Positions 8,364-18,029 of a stretch of DNA of 24,000 nucleotides are shown here, in pieces. How positions within the stretch are numbered: the stretch's first letter is position 1; the number at the start of each line of letters is the position of its first letter. This stretch comes from Christensenellaceae bacterium (GTDB lineage: Bacteria; Bacillota; Clostridia; Christensenellales; Borkfalkiaceae): positions 57,464 through 81,463 of the forward strand of contig JAZRRZ010000021.1 in the NCBI GenBank assembly GCA_045651185.1, read 5' to 3'. The notes below the pieces were generated by a model. That model did not search any database. It saw only the letters and a program-made list of their open reading frames with translations, and was not told where the DNA came from. A program made the translations under genes and the position numbers.

Positions 8364-9506
8364 TTACAAATAAGAATATAAATCATTCTTTAACTCACTA
8401 AGTGACGAATATCTTGCGTCTAAATTAGATGACATGCATCTTTCAATTACAGGATAAATATTGTCAGTTATTTTTGGAGCTTGTCTTCCATATAGGATAA
8501 AAGTTATAATATACGCAATTGCATAAAGTTCATTTTTAAACCCATAATCTTTGAATGACTCCAAAAAAGGATCTCTAAATGTCCCTTTATTTGTACTATC
8601 CGAAGACGTCATTTCTTTTGATGTGTCTTTTACTAGTCCAAAGTCGGAAATTTTAATAAAAGGATTACCATAAAAATCTAGTTTGATTAAAATATTTTTA
8701 TAACTTAAATCTCTATGGAACAATCCTATTTTATGAATATATTCTATTCCGCTAAAAAACTGAGCTAGAAGAGACTTCCTTGTTTCTAATGTCAGTTTAG
8801 TGTTATTAGCAGATATGTATTCAAATAATGTATGGTCGCAATATTCCATATTATATGAAAGTTCCTTGTCAAAAAAGCTATAAACTCTTAACAAGTGAGG
8901 GTGTTGACATTTTTTCATTATGTCGTATTCTTGTTTAAATCTTTCAACTTCTTTATCTATAGCCCCTTTTTTTAATTTTTTATATGCAAATTTCTCATTA
9001 TAGTCTTCATCTTTGTATTTATATACATTTGCATAACTTCCACCACCTACAGGGCTAAGTTCGAATGATTTTTTGTTTTTCTTGCGAATTTTACCATCTT
9101 CTAATAAGAAGAATATAGGGTCGTATTCTTTGATAATAAATTTGGGCAAATTCGATGGCAAATCAGAGCCAAAAGAACTTTTTAAATAAGGTTCGGCAGC
9201 TTTTAAGACTTCTTCATAATTTTTATCGATATAAAAGTCATATTCTGTTCCATTAACCATTTCCTTAAAGCTTTTTAAACTTTGAATCACACGTAAATAG
9301 TCACGGCTATCCCCCGCATTAAATCTAGAACCGATTCGGTTATTGAAATCTTTAGCATAAAAATTAATAACACTATGTATATAGGCAAAAAACAAGCCTA
9401 CATCTTTATTTTTTCTAGATACTTCTTCATATATAATAATGTATTTTTCTTCATATTCTTCCGCAAAATCATTTACAAATAAATATACTTTCTTATTTAA
9501 ATCCAT
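8364..9506 (-). CDS. Serine/threonine protein kinase
   Basis: Gly-rich loop VGGGSYANVYK, Lys in FAYKKLKKG, HRDLSYKNIL, DFGLVKD; catalytic K/D/N/D residues all present. N-terminal ~130 aa unassigned. Confidence 0.92.
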   Translation of the reverse strand: MDLNKKVYLFVNDFAEEYEEKYIIIYEEVSRKNKDVGLFFAYIHSVINFYAKDFNNRIGSRFNAGDSRDYLRVIQSLKSFKEMVNGTEYDFYIDKNYEEVLKAAEPYLKSSFGSDLPSNLPKFIIKEYDPIFFLLEDGKIRKKNKKSFELSPVGGGSYANVYKYKDEDYNEKFAYKKLKKGAIDKEVERFKQEYDIMKKCQHPHLLRVYSFFDKELSYNMEYCDHTLFEYISANNTKLTLETRKSLLAQFFSGIEYIHKIGLFHRDLSYKNILIKLDFYGNPFIKISDFGLVKDTSKEMTSSDSTNKGTFRDPFLESFKDYGFKNELYAIAYIITFILYGRQAPKITDNIYPVIERCMSSNLDARYSSLSELKNDLYSYL

Positions 9507-9521
9507 TTATACCTCTTAAAA

Positions 9522-10268
9522 TTATAATAAATCTAAACGTGTAATAGGGTTTGATGCAATTGATATTCTTTCTACCTTATGTAATCGAGAATTAATAGCA
9601 ACACAATCATTAGGATGAAAAAACACTAAATTATCCCCCTCAGGATGCAGTGAACTTTTAAAAACAATCCCATCAAACCCCATATTAATAAATTGTCCAG
9701 CGAGATATTGTGTGAACCAATAATTATGCCCTATATAATGTGGTTTTGAAAATTCGTTAGCAATTCGAGTTAATAGAGGATATAAAACATCATCATTATC
9801 ATAGTTCTTGGGACGTTTTCTTCTCAAATCAGCAAAACGTAAATCCTTATTAGAAACAAATTCCGCGATAGATATTGTTTCATTTTTTATAGGTCTTAAT
9901 TCATAAATTACAGTATTTGCATCACTAGAGGTATATAAAAATGATACACCTTTACAGTTAAGTCGACCTTCTACTGCTAATTCGTTAGGTGGAGCTCCTG
10001 ATTTATCTTTGTCATATCCCTGAAAAATAGTTGCTCTTGATTCGAGAAAATCATTTAATTCCTCTTCTGTTGATGCTACATCATTTAAATTAAAAATCCT
10101 CCCTCTAAAAAAAGATTTTCCCTTGGTAATCCAACAAGAAAACATTTCTTGATTATTCTCCAAAATTTTTAACAATGGATGACGCGTATCGAATCTATTA
10201 AAATTACTAACAAGTTTTTTCCATTCATAGAAGTCATGTCGAACCTCTTGTCTTAATTGCCTATTCAT
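9522..10268 (-). CDS. RES-domain protein (putative NAD+-degrading toxin/effector family)
   Basis: RES landmarks in order: FFRGRI (Arg), GVSFLYTSSDANTVIYELRP (Glu), GFDGIVFKSSLHPEGDNLVFF (Ser). Confidence 0.75.
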   Translation of the reverse strand: MNRQLRQEVRHDFYEWKKLVSNFNRFDTRHPLLKILENNQEMFSCWITKGKSFFRGRIFNLNDVASTEEELNDFLESRATIFQGYDKDKSGAPPNELAVEGRLNCKGVSFLYTSSDANTVIYELRPIKNETISIAEFVSNKDLRFADLRRKRPKNYDNDDVLYPLLTRIANEFSKPHYIGHNYWFTQYLAGQFINMGFDGIVFKSSLHPEGDNLVFFHPNDCVAINSRLHKVERISIASNPITRLDLL

Positions 10269-10309
10269 ATTTCTCCTTTGTTATTTTACTACTTCATCGA
10301 CAAAATCGA

Positions 10310-11008
10310 TTATTCCTCTACTTGTGAATACGCTACACCTTCGTCGATTTTGTACATAAGCATACTTGCAAACATTAGTCGCCTAAACGCTTCATCTTTA
10401 TCCAAGCCTATATTTTCGTGTGACTTAGGATTTCTTAATGCTGACATTGAGCCTGCAAACATTTGCATATAACCCATTTGTGTATTTTGGCCCGTATCAT
10501 TTGTTCTATCGCAGAATTCAATAATCGGCTCATTTGCAGAAAACAAACAAGTCATAACAGAAACGCCGTCAGGAATTTTTTCGCCTGGTCTAACCTTCTT
10601 AAAAATCTTCTTTACTCGGCTATTGATTTCAATAAAAGCATCACACGCAGCATTTGCATAATGTCCATTTATATAGAGTTCTTTAGACGATTTTATTACC
10701 ATCGGATGAATAAGCGCCCAAATATTTTCTTGTGGATTATCGCATTTATTATTAAGATAATTGACAATAGCTAAAAGTTCCCCTAAGACTATAATATTTA
10801 GCTTCGCACCTATAAAAAGAATATCTTTTAAGCGGAACAAATCTTTACTAAAATATGGTTCAACTCTTGCAATGCTTTCAGATAATTTTATAATTCCATT
10901 TTTAATTTCATTAATACCTTGCAAATGAAACACTCGTTGCCCCAAATCGGGTTTGATAGACATTGAGTTTGCCCACTCGTGTAAATCTTTAACTAGTTGT
11001 ATATCCAT
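10310..11008 (-). CDS. TIGR02391 (Ymh)-like protein
   Basis: C-terminal half AACDAFIEINSRVKKIFK...GVSVMTCLFSANEPIIEF...GYMQMFAGSMSALRNPKSHENIGLDKDEAFRRLMFASMLMYKID matches the characteristic motif layout of the family. Confidence 0.65.
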   Translation of the reverse strand: MDIQLVKDLHEWANSMSIKPDLGQRVFHLQGINEIKNGIIKLSESIARVEPYFSKDLFRLKDILFIGAKLNIIVLGELLAIVNYLNNKCDNPQENIWALIHPMVIKSSKELYINGHYANAACDAFIEINSRVKKIFKKVRPGEKIPDGVSVMTCLFSANEPIIEFCDRTNDTGQNTQMGYMQMFAGSMSALRNPKSHENIGLDKDEAFRRLMFASMLMYKIDEGVAYSQVEE

Positions 11009-11052
11009 ACTTTACTCCATAATCTTAATAATTGATACAAGAAAGCGAACTA

Positions 11053-12378
11053 CTAAACAGTTCTAAGTGCATTAAAATATAGTTTATATTTGCCATAAAA
11101 ATCTGTTAACTTCTGATAAAACTCAACGTCATCACTTACTAAAGCCGTATGATTAAATTTGTATCCAAATACTAAGGAAACAACACAAGCTACAATCCCA
11201 TCGCCTTCCAATGAAATGTTTTGATTTATATGTTTCTTAAAATATTCTTTTAGTTTTTCTCCAATATCTGTTTTTGGCAGGTTTCCATTTTCAGGCGAAA
11301 TATTAAAAGTATTACCTTCTTTTTCTGCTATAATCCAAAATGTTTGTATAATAATTTCAGCAAGTATACATTCATAGGGCAATTCAACAGTATCTATACC
11401 AACTAAATCGTGACAAAGAATAGCCCTATCAACAATATTTTCAAACTCTCTTGGAAGTAACGAAGCAATTATCTCATTAACTAATAGCTTCGCCTGCGTT
11501 TCCTTAGTGTTTTTACTAAATTTACTTGCAAAAACTGTTAATTTCTTATAGGCTTCTTCTTCATCTAAATTACCTTCATCCAAAATAATCTTGAAATCAA
11601 TGAACTTCCTTAAATATTGAGATGATGCTTTTTCCCCATAAAGTTTATCTATACTTCTACTTAATTGTTCTTTATGTATAGCGAGAATTGTTACAGAATT
11701 AGGTACGTTATCAAAAATATGATGCAACCTTTCTAATGTCTTAATTGCAAAATTAGGAATACAACGGTCTAATTCGTCAACAATAAAAATTATTGGTGTG
11801 ACCTTAGACAATTCACCTAATATTGAAATTACATTTTTTATATCGTTTTCAATATCATTATTCGGATTTTTCGTTTTAAGGCTTATTTTACTTTTTTCTC
11901 TTAATCTTTTTATCTCTTTAGCAGTATTCTTTGTAAAATCGACAAGATCAAAATGAAGCAATTTTTTGGTAACCGCCGATAAAACTATTTCCAATTGAAC
12001 CAACACCTTTTTACCCAAATCTGAAGCTATAGTTTTTAATACATTGTTAACGCATAGTTGATTATTTAGTTCATTTACAATTGTAGATAAAATAGCTAAA
12101 AGAGGTTCTTCATAATAATCTTTTTCCCATGCATTATAATGAATAATAAAATATTCACTTGAAAAATTTTTGCATTCTTCGTTTGTATAATCTTTAGATA
12201 TATCAAGATTTTTAAGTTTTGCTTCTATTTTATTTATTAACCACGTTTTCCCTTGTCCCCATTTCCCTTCAATAGCAAATGTTGTAGGTTTAGACTTTTT
12301 TGCACAATCCTTTACGATTGAAACCACATTATTTACATAATCTTCTCTACCTAATATATCACCATATATAAAACCCAT
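11053..12378 (-). CDS. KAP family P-loop NTPase
   Basis: Walker A FAIEGKWGQGKTWLINKI, Walker B PIIFIVDELDRCIPNFAIKTLERLHHIFD, VTILAIHKEQL. Confidence 0.9.
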   Translation of the reverse strand: MGFIYGDILGREDYVNNVVSIVKDCAKKSKPTTFAIEGKWGQGKTWLINKIEAKLKNLDISKDYTNEECKNFSSEYFIIHYNAWEKDYYEEPLLAILSTIVNELNNQLCVNNVLKTIASDLGKKVLVQLEIVLSAVTKKLLHFDLVDFTKNTAKEIKRLREKSKISLKTKNPNNDIENDIKNVISILGELSKVTPIIFIVDELDRCIPNFAIKTLERLHHIFDNVPNSVTILAIHKEQLSRSIDKLYGEKASSQYLRKFIDFKIILDEGNLDEEEAYKKLTVFASKFSKNTKETQAKLLVNEIIASLLPREFENIVDRAILCHDLVGIDTVELPYECILAEIIIQTFWIIAEKEGNTFNISPENGNLPKTDIGEKLKEYFKKHINQNISLEGDGIVACVVSLVFGYKFNHTALVSDDVEFYQKLTDFYGKYKLYFNALRTV

Positions 12379-12422
12379 ATTTTACTCCACATGTTTATAT
12401 AAAATTCATGAAATTTTAAACC

Positions 12423-13130
12423 TCATTTTTTTGTGCAATTTAGTAAGACAATATCTTCTCCTTTTTTAATCCCTGTCTTTCCTGTGTAAAAATCCACTTC
12501 AAGCAACATTAAATCTTTTTCAACTTGATAGCCTTCTTTCATTTCAAAGAAAATGGTTATATTTGTGGTTTCACCATTTGTAAGAACTGTACCTACCCAA
12601 GAAAAATCCTTAACAGCATTTTTGTTGTCAAAATCAGCAAAACTTTTAACAAAACCATTTTCGTCAGTATCGATATGCACGTCAACAGCATTGATATCAA
12701 ACAAGCTCATAATATCATTTAATGGTAAATATACTCCGCTATGATTTCTTAACTTAAAATCGTTTGTATCTAATTTATGGTCTTTTTCATTACTATCAAT
12801 CCTTTTGGTTATATCAAGATTTACTTCAATATAGTTGCCTGACAATGTGGTTTTTTCTATTGAGTCCTTCTCTTTTTGATAAGAAATTGAATCAACTGTT
12901 TTAGCGTAATAAACTTTTATGTCAAAATTATCGTGAACTTCGACAACCTCATTCATAAAATATTTTGCTTCAACTGTTTCTATGGAATTATTAGATTTAC
13001 AACTTCTAACACCAAATATTACTCCCACAAGTGTGCTTATGGCTGCTATAGCAATAATCACATAAATGCCCCATTGTATTGGTTTTTTGAAATTTTCGTA
13101 TTTCTCTAAAAAATTAAAAAATTTTGACAT
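12423..13130 (-). CDS. Single-pass membrane protein with a DUF4352-like extracytoplasmic domain
   Basis: One TM helix (IQWGIYVIIAIAAISTLVGVIFGV) then a beta-rich region: VVEVHDNFDIKVYYAKTV...GNYIEVNLDITKR...DTNDFKLRNHSGVYLPL. Confidence 0.6.
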   Translation of the reverse strand: MSKFFNFLEKYENFKKPIQWGIYVIIAIAAISTLVGVIFGVRSCKSNNSIETVEAKYFMNEVVEVHDNFDIKVYYAKTVDSISYQKEKDSIEKTTLSGNYIEVNLDITKRIDSNEKDHKLDTNDFKLRNHSGVYLPLNDIMSLFDINAVDVHIDTDENGFVKSFADFDNKNAVKDFSWVGTVLTNGETTNITIFFEMKEGYQVEKDLMLLEVDFYTGKTGIKKGEDIVLLNCTKK

Positions 13131-13168
13131 TTTTACTCCATAGGTTTAATAATTTTGTATTTTTCCCC

Positions 13169-15379
13169 TTAAAACACAGATTCAATCGGTCGCCAAGCAT
13201 CGTCAGCCATATCTATGGAAAACTCTGTGTTATTGATATACAAACAATTGTCATTATCTCGCACGAAACCCCATTGAACACCTCGCTGTTCGGCGTAGTC
13301 CTTGAATGCATTAAATTTATTTTCAATCTGGTCGTCTATATTCTTATTCTTGCCTTTGCTTTCTCCACCTTTTGTTTCAATAATCCAAATAGTACCGTCT
13401 TTCTTTTTTACGATATAATCGGCATAGAACAACCATTGATGACGGAGTCCGTCAATATAAACGATAGAAAAATACTGCTGACCAGAATCACCATTTTTAT
13501 AAACCCATTCAATATCATCACGTTTTTCGCAATGCTGTTCAAAAAGCATTTCTGAAGTGCTCCGTACAACACTTGTAGCAAAACCCGAAGTATAATCGTG
13601 ATAAGCGTTTGAAAGATAATCAACCTCATTTTTTACGTTCGGATCGTATTTGAAAAAGTCTTGTTCGGGAATATGAAACATGCTAGTCTTGGGCTTTAAA
13701 ACAAAGCTCATTTGCTCTGCCATACCCGTGGTAACAGCGCGGAAATCTTGCTTCAACTTATGCTCGTTGTTGATAACGAAAGCGTAAAACTCTCTCGTTT
13801 CAAGAGCAACAAGATTTTTGGACATATTACCGCCCTTACGGAAAAGGCGTTCCAAAATCGTCTTGACCTTTGCCGTCTGCATACTAATGGCAGTTTTAAT
13901 TGCATCAACACTATGAAGCAAGTAGATACCGTGTTTATGTGTATCTACCGCCTTTTTTGTAGACAGATAGTTATCACTCGTTGCAATGGATGCGGTGCGA
14001 ACAAACATTCCCTCAAGAACTTGTCCACGAATATTCGTACCAAATACGTAGCCTGCATCGGCAAGCAACATTTGATTTTGCTTTTTATCGCTACCAAGCT
14101 TATATTTTGCAACAAGACTATCGTAGAGCTTATTCAAAACCTCGCGCTCGCCAAGACCTCCAAAATCAAGATCACGCATTTGTTTTTCAAGAGTAAAGGT
14201 CTTGCACTTATCCTTCAAGAAAAGACGGCGAGTTTCGTAGGCTTTATCAACGCTGGCAAGCAAACCGGCTTTGTACTTTTCATCGAAAGTATATACATAG
14301 CAAAAATCAAGCAAGTCATCGTCATAATGCTTTGCTTCTGGCATTCTACGAATACGACCAATGGTCTGTATTTCAAAGCTCTCACTCATACCTTCACGGA
14401 GCTTGACAAGAATTTTTGCCCTGGGGCAATCCCAACCCGTACTAATTGCTTGCTTCATCAAAAGGAAAACTGGGGTGGCATCGTTGTCGGTAAGATTTTC
14501 GGGCAAATCCTTTTTATCCTCACTCATCCACTTGGACACCATACCGTTGTCGTATGTATAGCCCATAGACTCCAACTTTTTCTCAACAGCAATTATTGTT
14601 TCGGGCTGTGCGTTCGGAAATTGAATTAAAACAAGGGGACGGATATTTTTACCAATGGCGGTATAATGGCTTGCAATATTCTTGCGTTTTTCATCAGCAA
14701 GATCAAGCAGACAATCGTAATCGTCGCCAACCTCCATACCTTCGGTAATGCCTTCGTTTACATAAAGAGCTTTTGTAATTAGTCCTGCGTTTATGACATC
14801 TACCTCGTCGATTTCAAAATACTCAAAGCGTTTATTCTCAATAGCGGTAGCACTTACACGAATAATGTTCTTTGCGGAAAAGGCATCAATAATGGTTTTC
14901 GCCTTTGCGGTGTTGTTAGAATGCTCCTCGTCTATGATAACAATAAATTCGGTATTATTACGATGAGCTTCGGCAATGCGATCAAACAAATTCTTTTTCT
15001 CGCCGTCACGCAACGAAGTATTATCCTTTTTTGTTACCAATTCCCAGTTAATGAACGTGGTGCTTTCCGCAGGAAAACCGCCTTGCAAAGCATCAAAAAG
15101 ACTTTGCGTATGACGGTGCGGTGCAAATTTACGCATCTTTTTACGGCTTTGCTCCTCAAGGTCGCCCTTGCCCGGGCAGAGCCAAATGAAAGCAGCATTG
15201 CTGTTAATTTTAGTTAGATATTCCTCGACAAAATCAATAAGAATAATCGTTTTACCCGATCCTGTAGGGGATTTTACGGTAATCGTTTGCTTGCTATTGC
15301 TGTCGGCAACAAGGTCTATCAGCTTGAGTACAGCTTTTTCTTGAAAATCAAATAAATTGATTGCAATTCCTCCTACCAT
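13169..15379 (-). CDS. Type III restriction-modification system, restriction/helicase subunit (Res)
   Basis: Walker A VKSPTGSGKTIILIDF, DEEH box VIIDEEHSNN, QTIGRIRRMP, C-terminal PD-(D/E)XK-like motif DGTIWIIETKGGES; 7-nt overlap with mod. Confidence 0.93.
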   Translation of the reverse strand: MVGGIAINLFDFQEKAVLKLIDLVADSNSKQTITVKSPTGSGKTIILIDFVEEYLTKINSNAAFIWLCPGKGDLEEQSRKKMRKFAPHRHTQSLFDALQGGFPAESTTFINWELVTKKDNTSLRDGEKKNLFDRIAEAHRNNTEFIVIIDEEHSNNTAKAKTIIDAFSAKNIIRVSATAIENKRFEYFEIDEVDVINAGLITKALYVNEGITEGMEVGDDYDCLLDLADEKRKNIASHYTAIGKNIRPLVLIQFPNAQPETIIAVEKKLESMGYTYDNGMVSKWMSEDKKDLPENLTDNDATPVFLLMKQAISTGWDCPRAKILVKLREGMSESFEIQTIGRIRRMPEAKHYDDDLLDFCYVYTFDEKYKAGLLASVDKAYETRRLFLKDKCKTFTLEKQMRDLDFGGLGEREVLNKLYDSLVAKYKLGSDKKQNQMLLADAGYVFGTNIRGQVLEGMFVRTASIATSDNYLSTKKAVDTHKHGIYLLHSVDAIKTAISMQTAKVKTILERLFRKGGNMSKNLVALETREFYAFVINNEHKLKQDFRAVTTGMAEQMSFVLKPKTSMFHIPEQDFFKYDPNVKNEVDYLSNAYHDYTSGFATSVVRSTSEMLFEQHCEKRDDIEWVYKNGDSGQQYFSIVYIDGLRHQWLFYADYIVKKKDGTIWIIETKGGESKGKNKNIDDQIENKFNAFKDYAEQRGVQWGFVRDNDNCLYINNTEFSIDMADDAWRPIESVF

Positions 15380-17181
15380 GATTCGCCCACCTCCTTGAGT
15401 TCAAAGTTAAAGTAATAGTCAGGGATAATATAAATATCCGTATTAGCAAACAAGTCGCATTGCTCAGTTGTAAAAAGAACGTTTTTAGAAACGTATAAAG
15501 CTTTAAGATCGGGATAATTCGCCCAATTTACTTGAAGCTCGTCCGCTTCTTCATCACTCATAACCATAATGTAATTGCTGCCGTCAATCTTAACGCCATG
15601 CTCGAGCTGAATCATTTCCGTCATGTGTTCCAAGAGAGCATCAGATAGATATTCCTCATCCCGTGATACAAAGTCGGTTTTATAATACTTAAGGTTGAAC
15701 GGCAACGCATGATATTTCCCATAGCCTTCTGCGACATTTTTTAATCTTGGATATGTTTTTGTATCACAAATATCGTTCTCGTTATTTGTACATAAGATAA
15801 ATCTGCGCGTTCCGCCATCTTCTGCATTCAAAGCAACAACAGCATGTCCTGTGGTTGCACTCCCTGCAAAGAAATCCAATACAGTTATATCGTCTTGGGG
15901 ATATAGGCTTATAATTTGCTTGAGTAAATCTACGGGCTTTTTACCATTTGAAAATTCAACTGCGCCTTCTTTAGTGAGATTTTTTGTCGCACCAGTCATA
16001 TCCCAATATGTGCCTTGCAAATCTTTTTTATATAATTCACCGTTTATAATTTCAGCTGTATCTCTCAACCAAACAAAAAGATTGCACACATCATCTTTGT
16101 AGAATTGTTCGTATATTACACCTTTATTCTTTCCTGTTTTTGGGGTATATTCAATGGATAGAACTTCATCATGAATACCTTTTTCTTGGCGGTATTCAAT
16201 AATTCTTGTTCTGATAGAAGATTGTGAGTTAGTAGTTCTAAAAGCATTTATTCCATATTTTTGATATGCTTCTTTGACCGTAATTCCATCTCTCTTGGCA
16301 ATTTGATTTATAGACATTGTAACAACATTTTTTCGCCTATAAACTTTGATTTCGTTACCATCTCCATCAACAGTAGATCCAATATATTCTTTTTCGCCTG
16401 GATTAAGCAAAACAGTAGTATATTTCCAACTTTTCCCCTCATCAATATACCTTTGAATTAAATCGGAGATTTCGGTATAAACATACGGCCCATTAAATAA
16501 CGGCATAAAGTCATAAGACTTAGCGTAAACAAGAATGTATTCGCAGTTTTTCTTAAAACGTTTATCTTCACCACCGCCGGAAGCACCTGCAATATTTTTC
16601 ATATTAACACTTATGATATTTAAGAAATTGCTCTCACCAAAAATATCATCGCAAAGGCATTTAAGCTGCGCCACCTCAATATCACTAATTTGAATAAAGA
16701 TAACACCTTTTTCAGAAAGAAGCTCTTTTGCGATTAGCAAACGCTTTTCCATAAAGGAAAGCCATTTAGAGTGACGGAAAGAATCCTCTTCAGCTACATA
16801 GTTATCATCGTAAACAAAATCTTCGTGCCCCGTGTTGTATGGGGGATCGATATAGATTAAGTCGATAGCACCCTTGTGCGTTTTCTCCAAGAGATAAAGA
16901 CTATGCAGATTATCGCCTTCAAGCAAAAAGTTATAGCGATTATCGGGGACGAGAGATATTTCTCTTTCAGGCACTTCCGTGAATACGGGAATGTTTGTTT
17001 GCATAGCAATATCGACCTTTTCCTCGTGCTGTTCCCATACAAGCCCATATTTCTTTGAGATGAGTGCATTTGCAATCTCACCGAGAGCGACGAGCATCTC
17101 ATCATCGGTTTTATGTTCTTCTTTGATTTTATCTAAAAACGCAAGCATGCGCTGACGCTTTAACTGTGAAAGGTTGGGCAT
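15373..17181 (-). CDS. Type III restriction-modification system DNA methyltransferase (Mod, beta-class)
   Basis: LIYIDPPYNTGHEDFVYDDNY (motif IV), ITVLDFFAGSATTGHAVVALN (motif I), adjacent res. Confidence 0.94.
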   Translation of the reverse strand: MPNLSQLKRQRMLAFLDKIKEEHKTDDEMLVALGEIANALISKKYGLVWEQHEEKVDIAMQTNIPVFTEVPEREISLVPDNRYNFLLEGDNLHSLYLLEKTHKGAIDLIYIDPPYNTGHEDFVYDDNYVAEEDSFRHSKWLSFMEKRLLIAKELLSEKGVIFIQISDIEVAQLKCLCDDIFGESNFLNIISVNMKNIAGASGGGEDKRFKKNCEYILVYAKSYDFMPLFNGPYVYTEISDLIQRYIDEGKSWKYTTVLLNPGEKEYIGSTVDGDGNEIKVYRRKNVVTMSINQIAKRDGITVKEAYQKYGINAFRTTNSQSSIRTRIIEYRQEKGIHDEVLSIEYTPKTGKNKGVIYEQFYKDDVCNLFVWLRDTAEIINGELYKKDLQGTYWDMTGATKNLTKEGAVEFSNGKKPVDLLKQIISLYPQDDITVLDFFAGSATTGHAVVALNAEDGGTRRFILCTNNENDICDTKTYPRLKNVAEGYGKYHALPFNLKYYKTDFVSRDEEYLSDALLEHMTEMIQLEHGVKIDGSNYIMVMSDEEADELQVNWANYPDLKALYVSKNVLFTTEQCDLFANTDIYIIPDYYFNFELKEVGESW

Positions 17182-17212
17182 GTCATTTCTCCTTCTTGTT
17201 AATTAAATATTC

Positions 17213-17998
17213 TTAGTGTAGTTTCTTATGGGATATCCATTTTGCTTTATTTGGTGTTATTACTAATATGTCAATCGGCCCACCAACAGTTTTATTTACA
17301 TTTGTAAAGCGCATAGTATCTATTGTTGTGTTGATAGCATATCTTACAAAATCTATTGCATCTTGTAAAGTCATTAAAGTCCACAAAATAACATTTTCTC
17401 CGAGAAATATGGTTTGATTTTTAGGTAAGACAAGAGAATCTCCAACATTTACTGGTCCATTAGTTGAATTTAAGGTTAAATTTGAAACCTCTATAGGACT
17501 TTGACACATATAATGAGTTTTAACAATACGAGTTATAGTATCAATTTCTCCATCCCATTTTGCCCCAGTTCCATTAGCGGATATTTGATTGCAAATGTTT
17601 TGTGGCCCTGTGATAACTTGATAAACACTTTGTGTCTTTTGACCATTTATCAAATCATATCCCGCAACAATAAAATGAACTTCTGCGTTAGGGTCTATAC
17701 TTATAATATGGTTTTTTAAATTATTTGCAGTATCATAAGTGGATGTACTTGCAGTTACTTGATTGTCAATGTAATCATATATGTATCCTGTTATATTTTT
17801 ATTTTGTAATGATGCTGCTCCACAAGTTGAAATACCACAATTATTCGGGCAAAGAAATGTTTTTTCTTGTGTATCGAAATAATGTCCCGTTTGTATATTT
17901 ACAGGAATATTAGGAGCAATTTGAGATGAAAAACTAATTCTACTATCACTACCCATTACAATCCCTTCTGTTGTCCATACTGTTACAATTAATGACAT
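17213..17998 (-). CDS. Proteasome-like (Ntn-hydrolase fold) protein of unknown function
   Basis: N-terminus MSLIVTVWTTEGIVMGSDSRISF resembles proteasome beta/HslV (T..GIV..ADSR); C-terminal strand VGGPIDILVITPNKAKWI. Confidence 0.6.
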   Translation of the reverse strand: MSLIVTVWTTEGIVMGSDSRISFSSQIAPNIPVNIQTGHYFDTQEKTFLCPNNCGISTCGAASLQNKNITGYIYDYIDNQVTASTSTYDTANNLKNHIISIDPNAEVHFIVAGYDLINGQKTQSVYQVITGPQNICNQISANGTGAKWDGEIDTITRIVKTHYMCQSPIEVSNLTLNSTNGPVNVGDSLVLPKNQTIFLGENVILWTLMTLQDAIDFVRYAINTTIDTMRFTNVNKTVGGPIDILVITPNKAKWISHKKLH

Positions 17999-18029
17999 AT
18001 AAATTTCTCCTAAGTTTAATTTACTACAC

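Noticed and set aside
13712-14629. 305-aa plus-strand ORF, the longest antisense ORF in the window
   Set aside because: Entirely antisense to res, whose helicase motifs are intact; translation shows no recognisable domain. Long because the res region has higher GC and few reverse stops.
8364-17181. BREX or DISARM assignment because a kinase, a methyltransferase and a helicase co-occur
   Set aside because: No PglZ/BrxZ, BrxC or Lon-like gene, and no DUF1998/PLD pair. Methylase and helicase are standard type III Mod/Res; kinase is small and not PglW-like.
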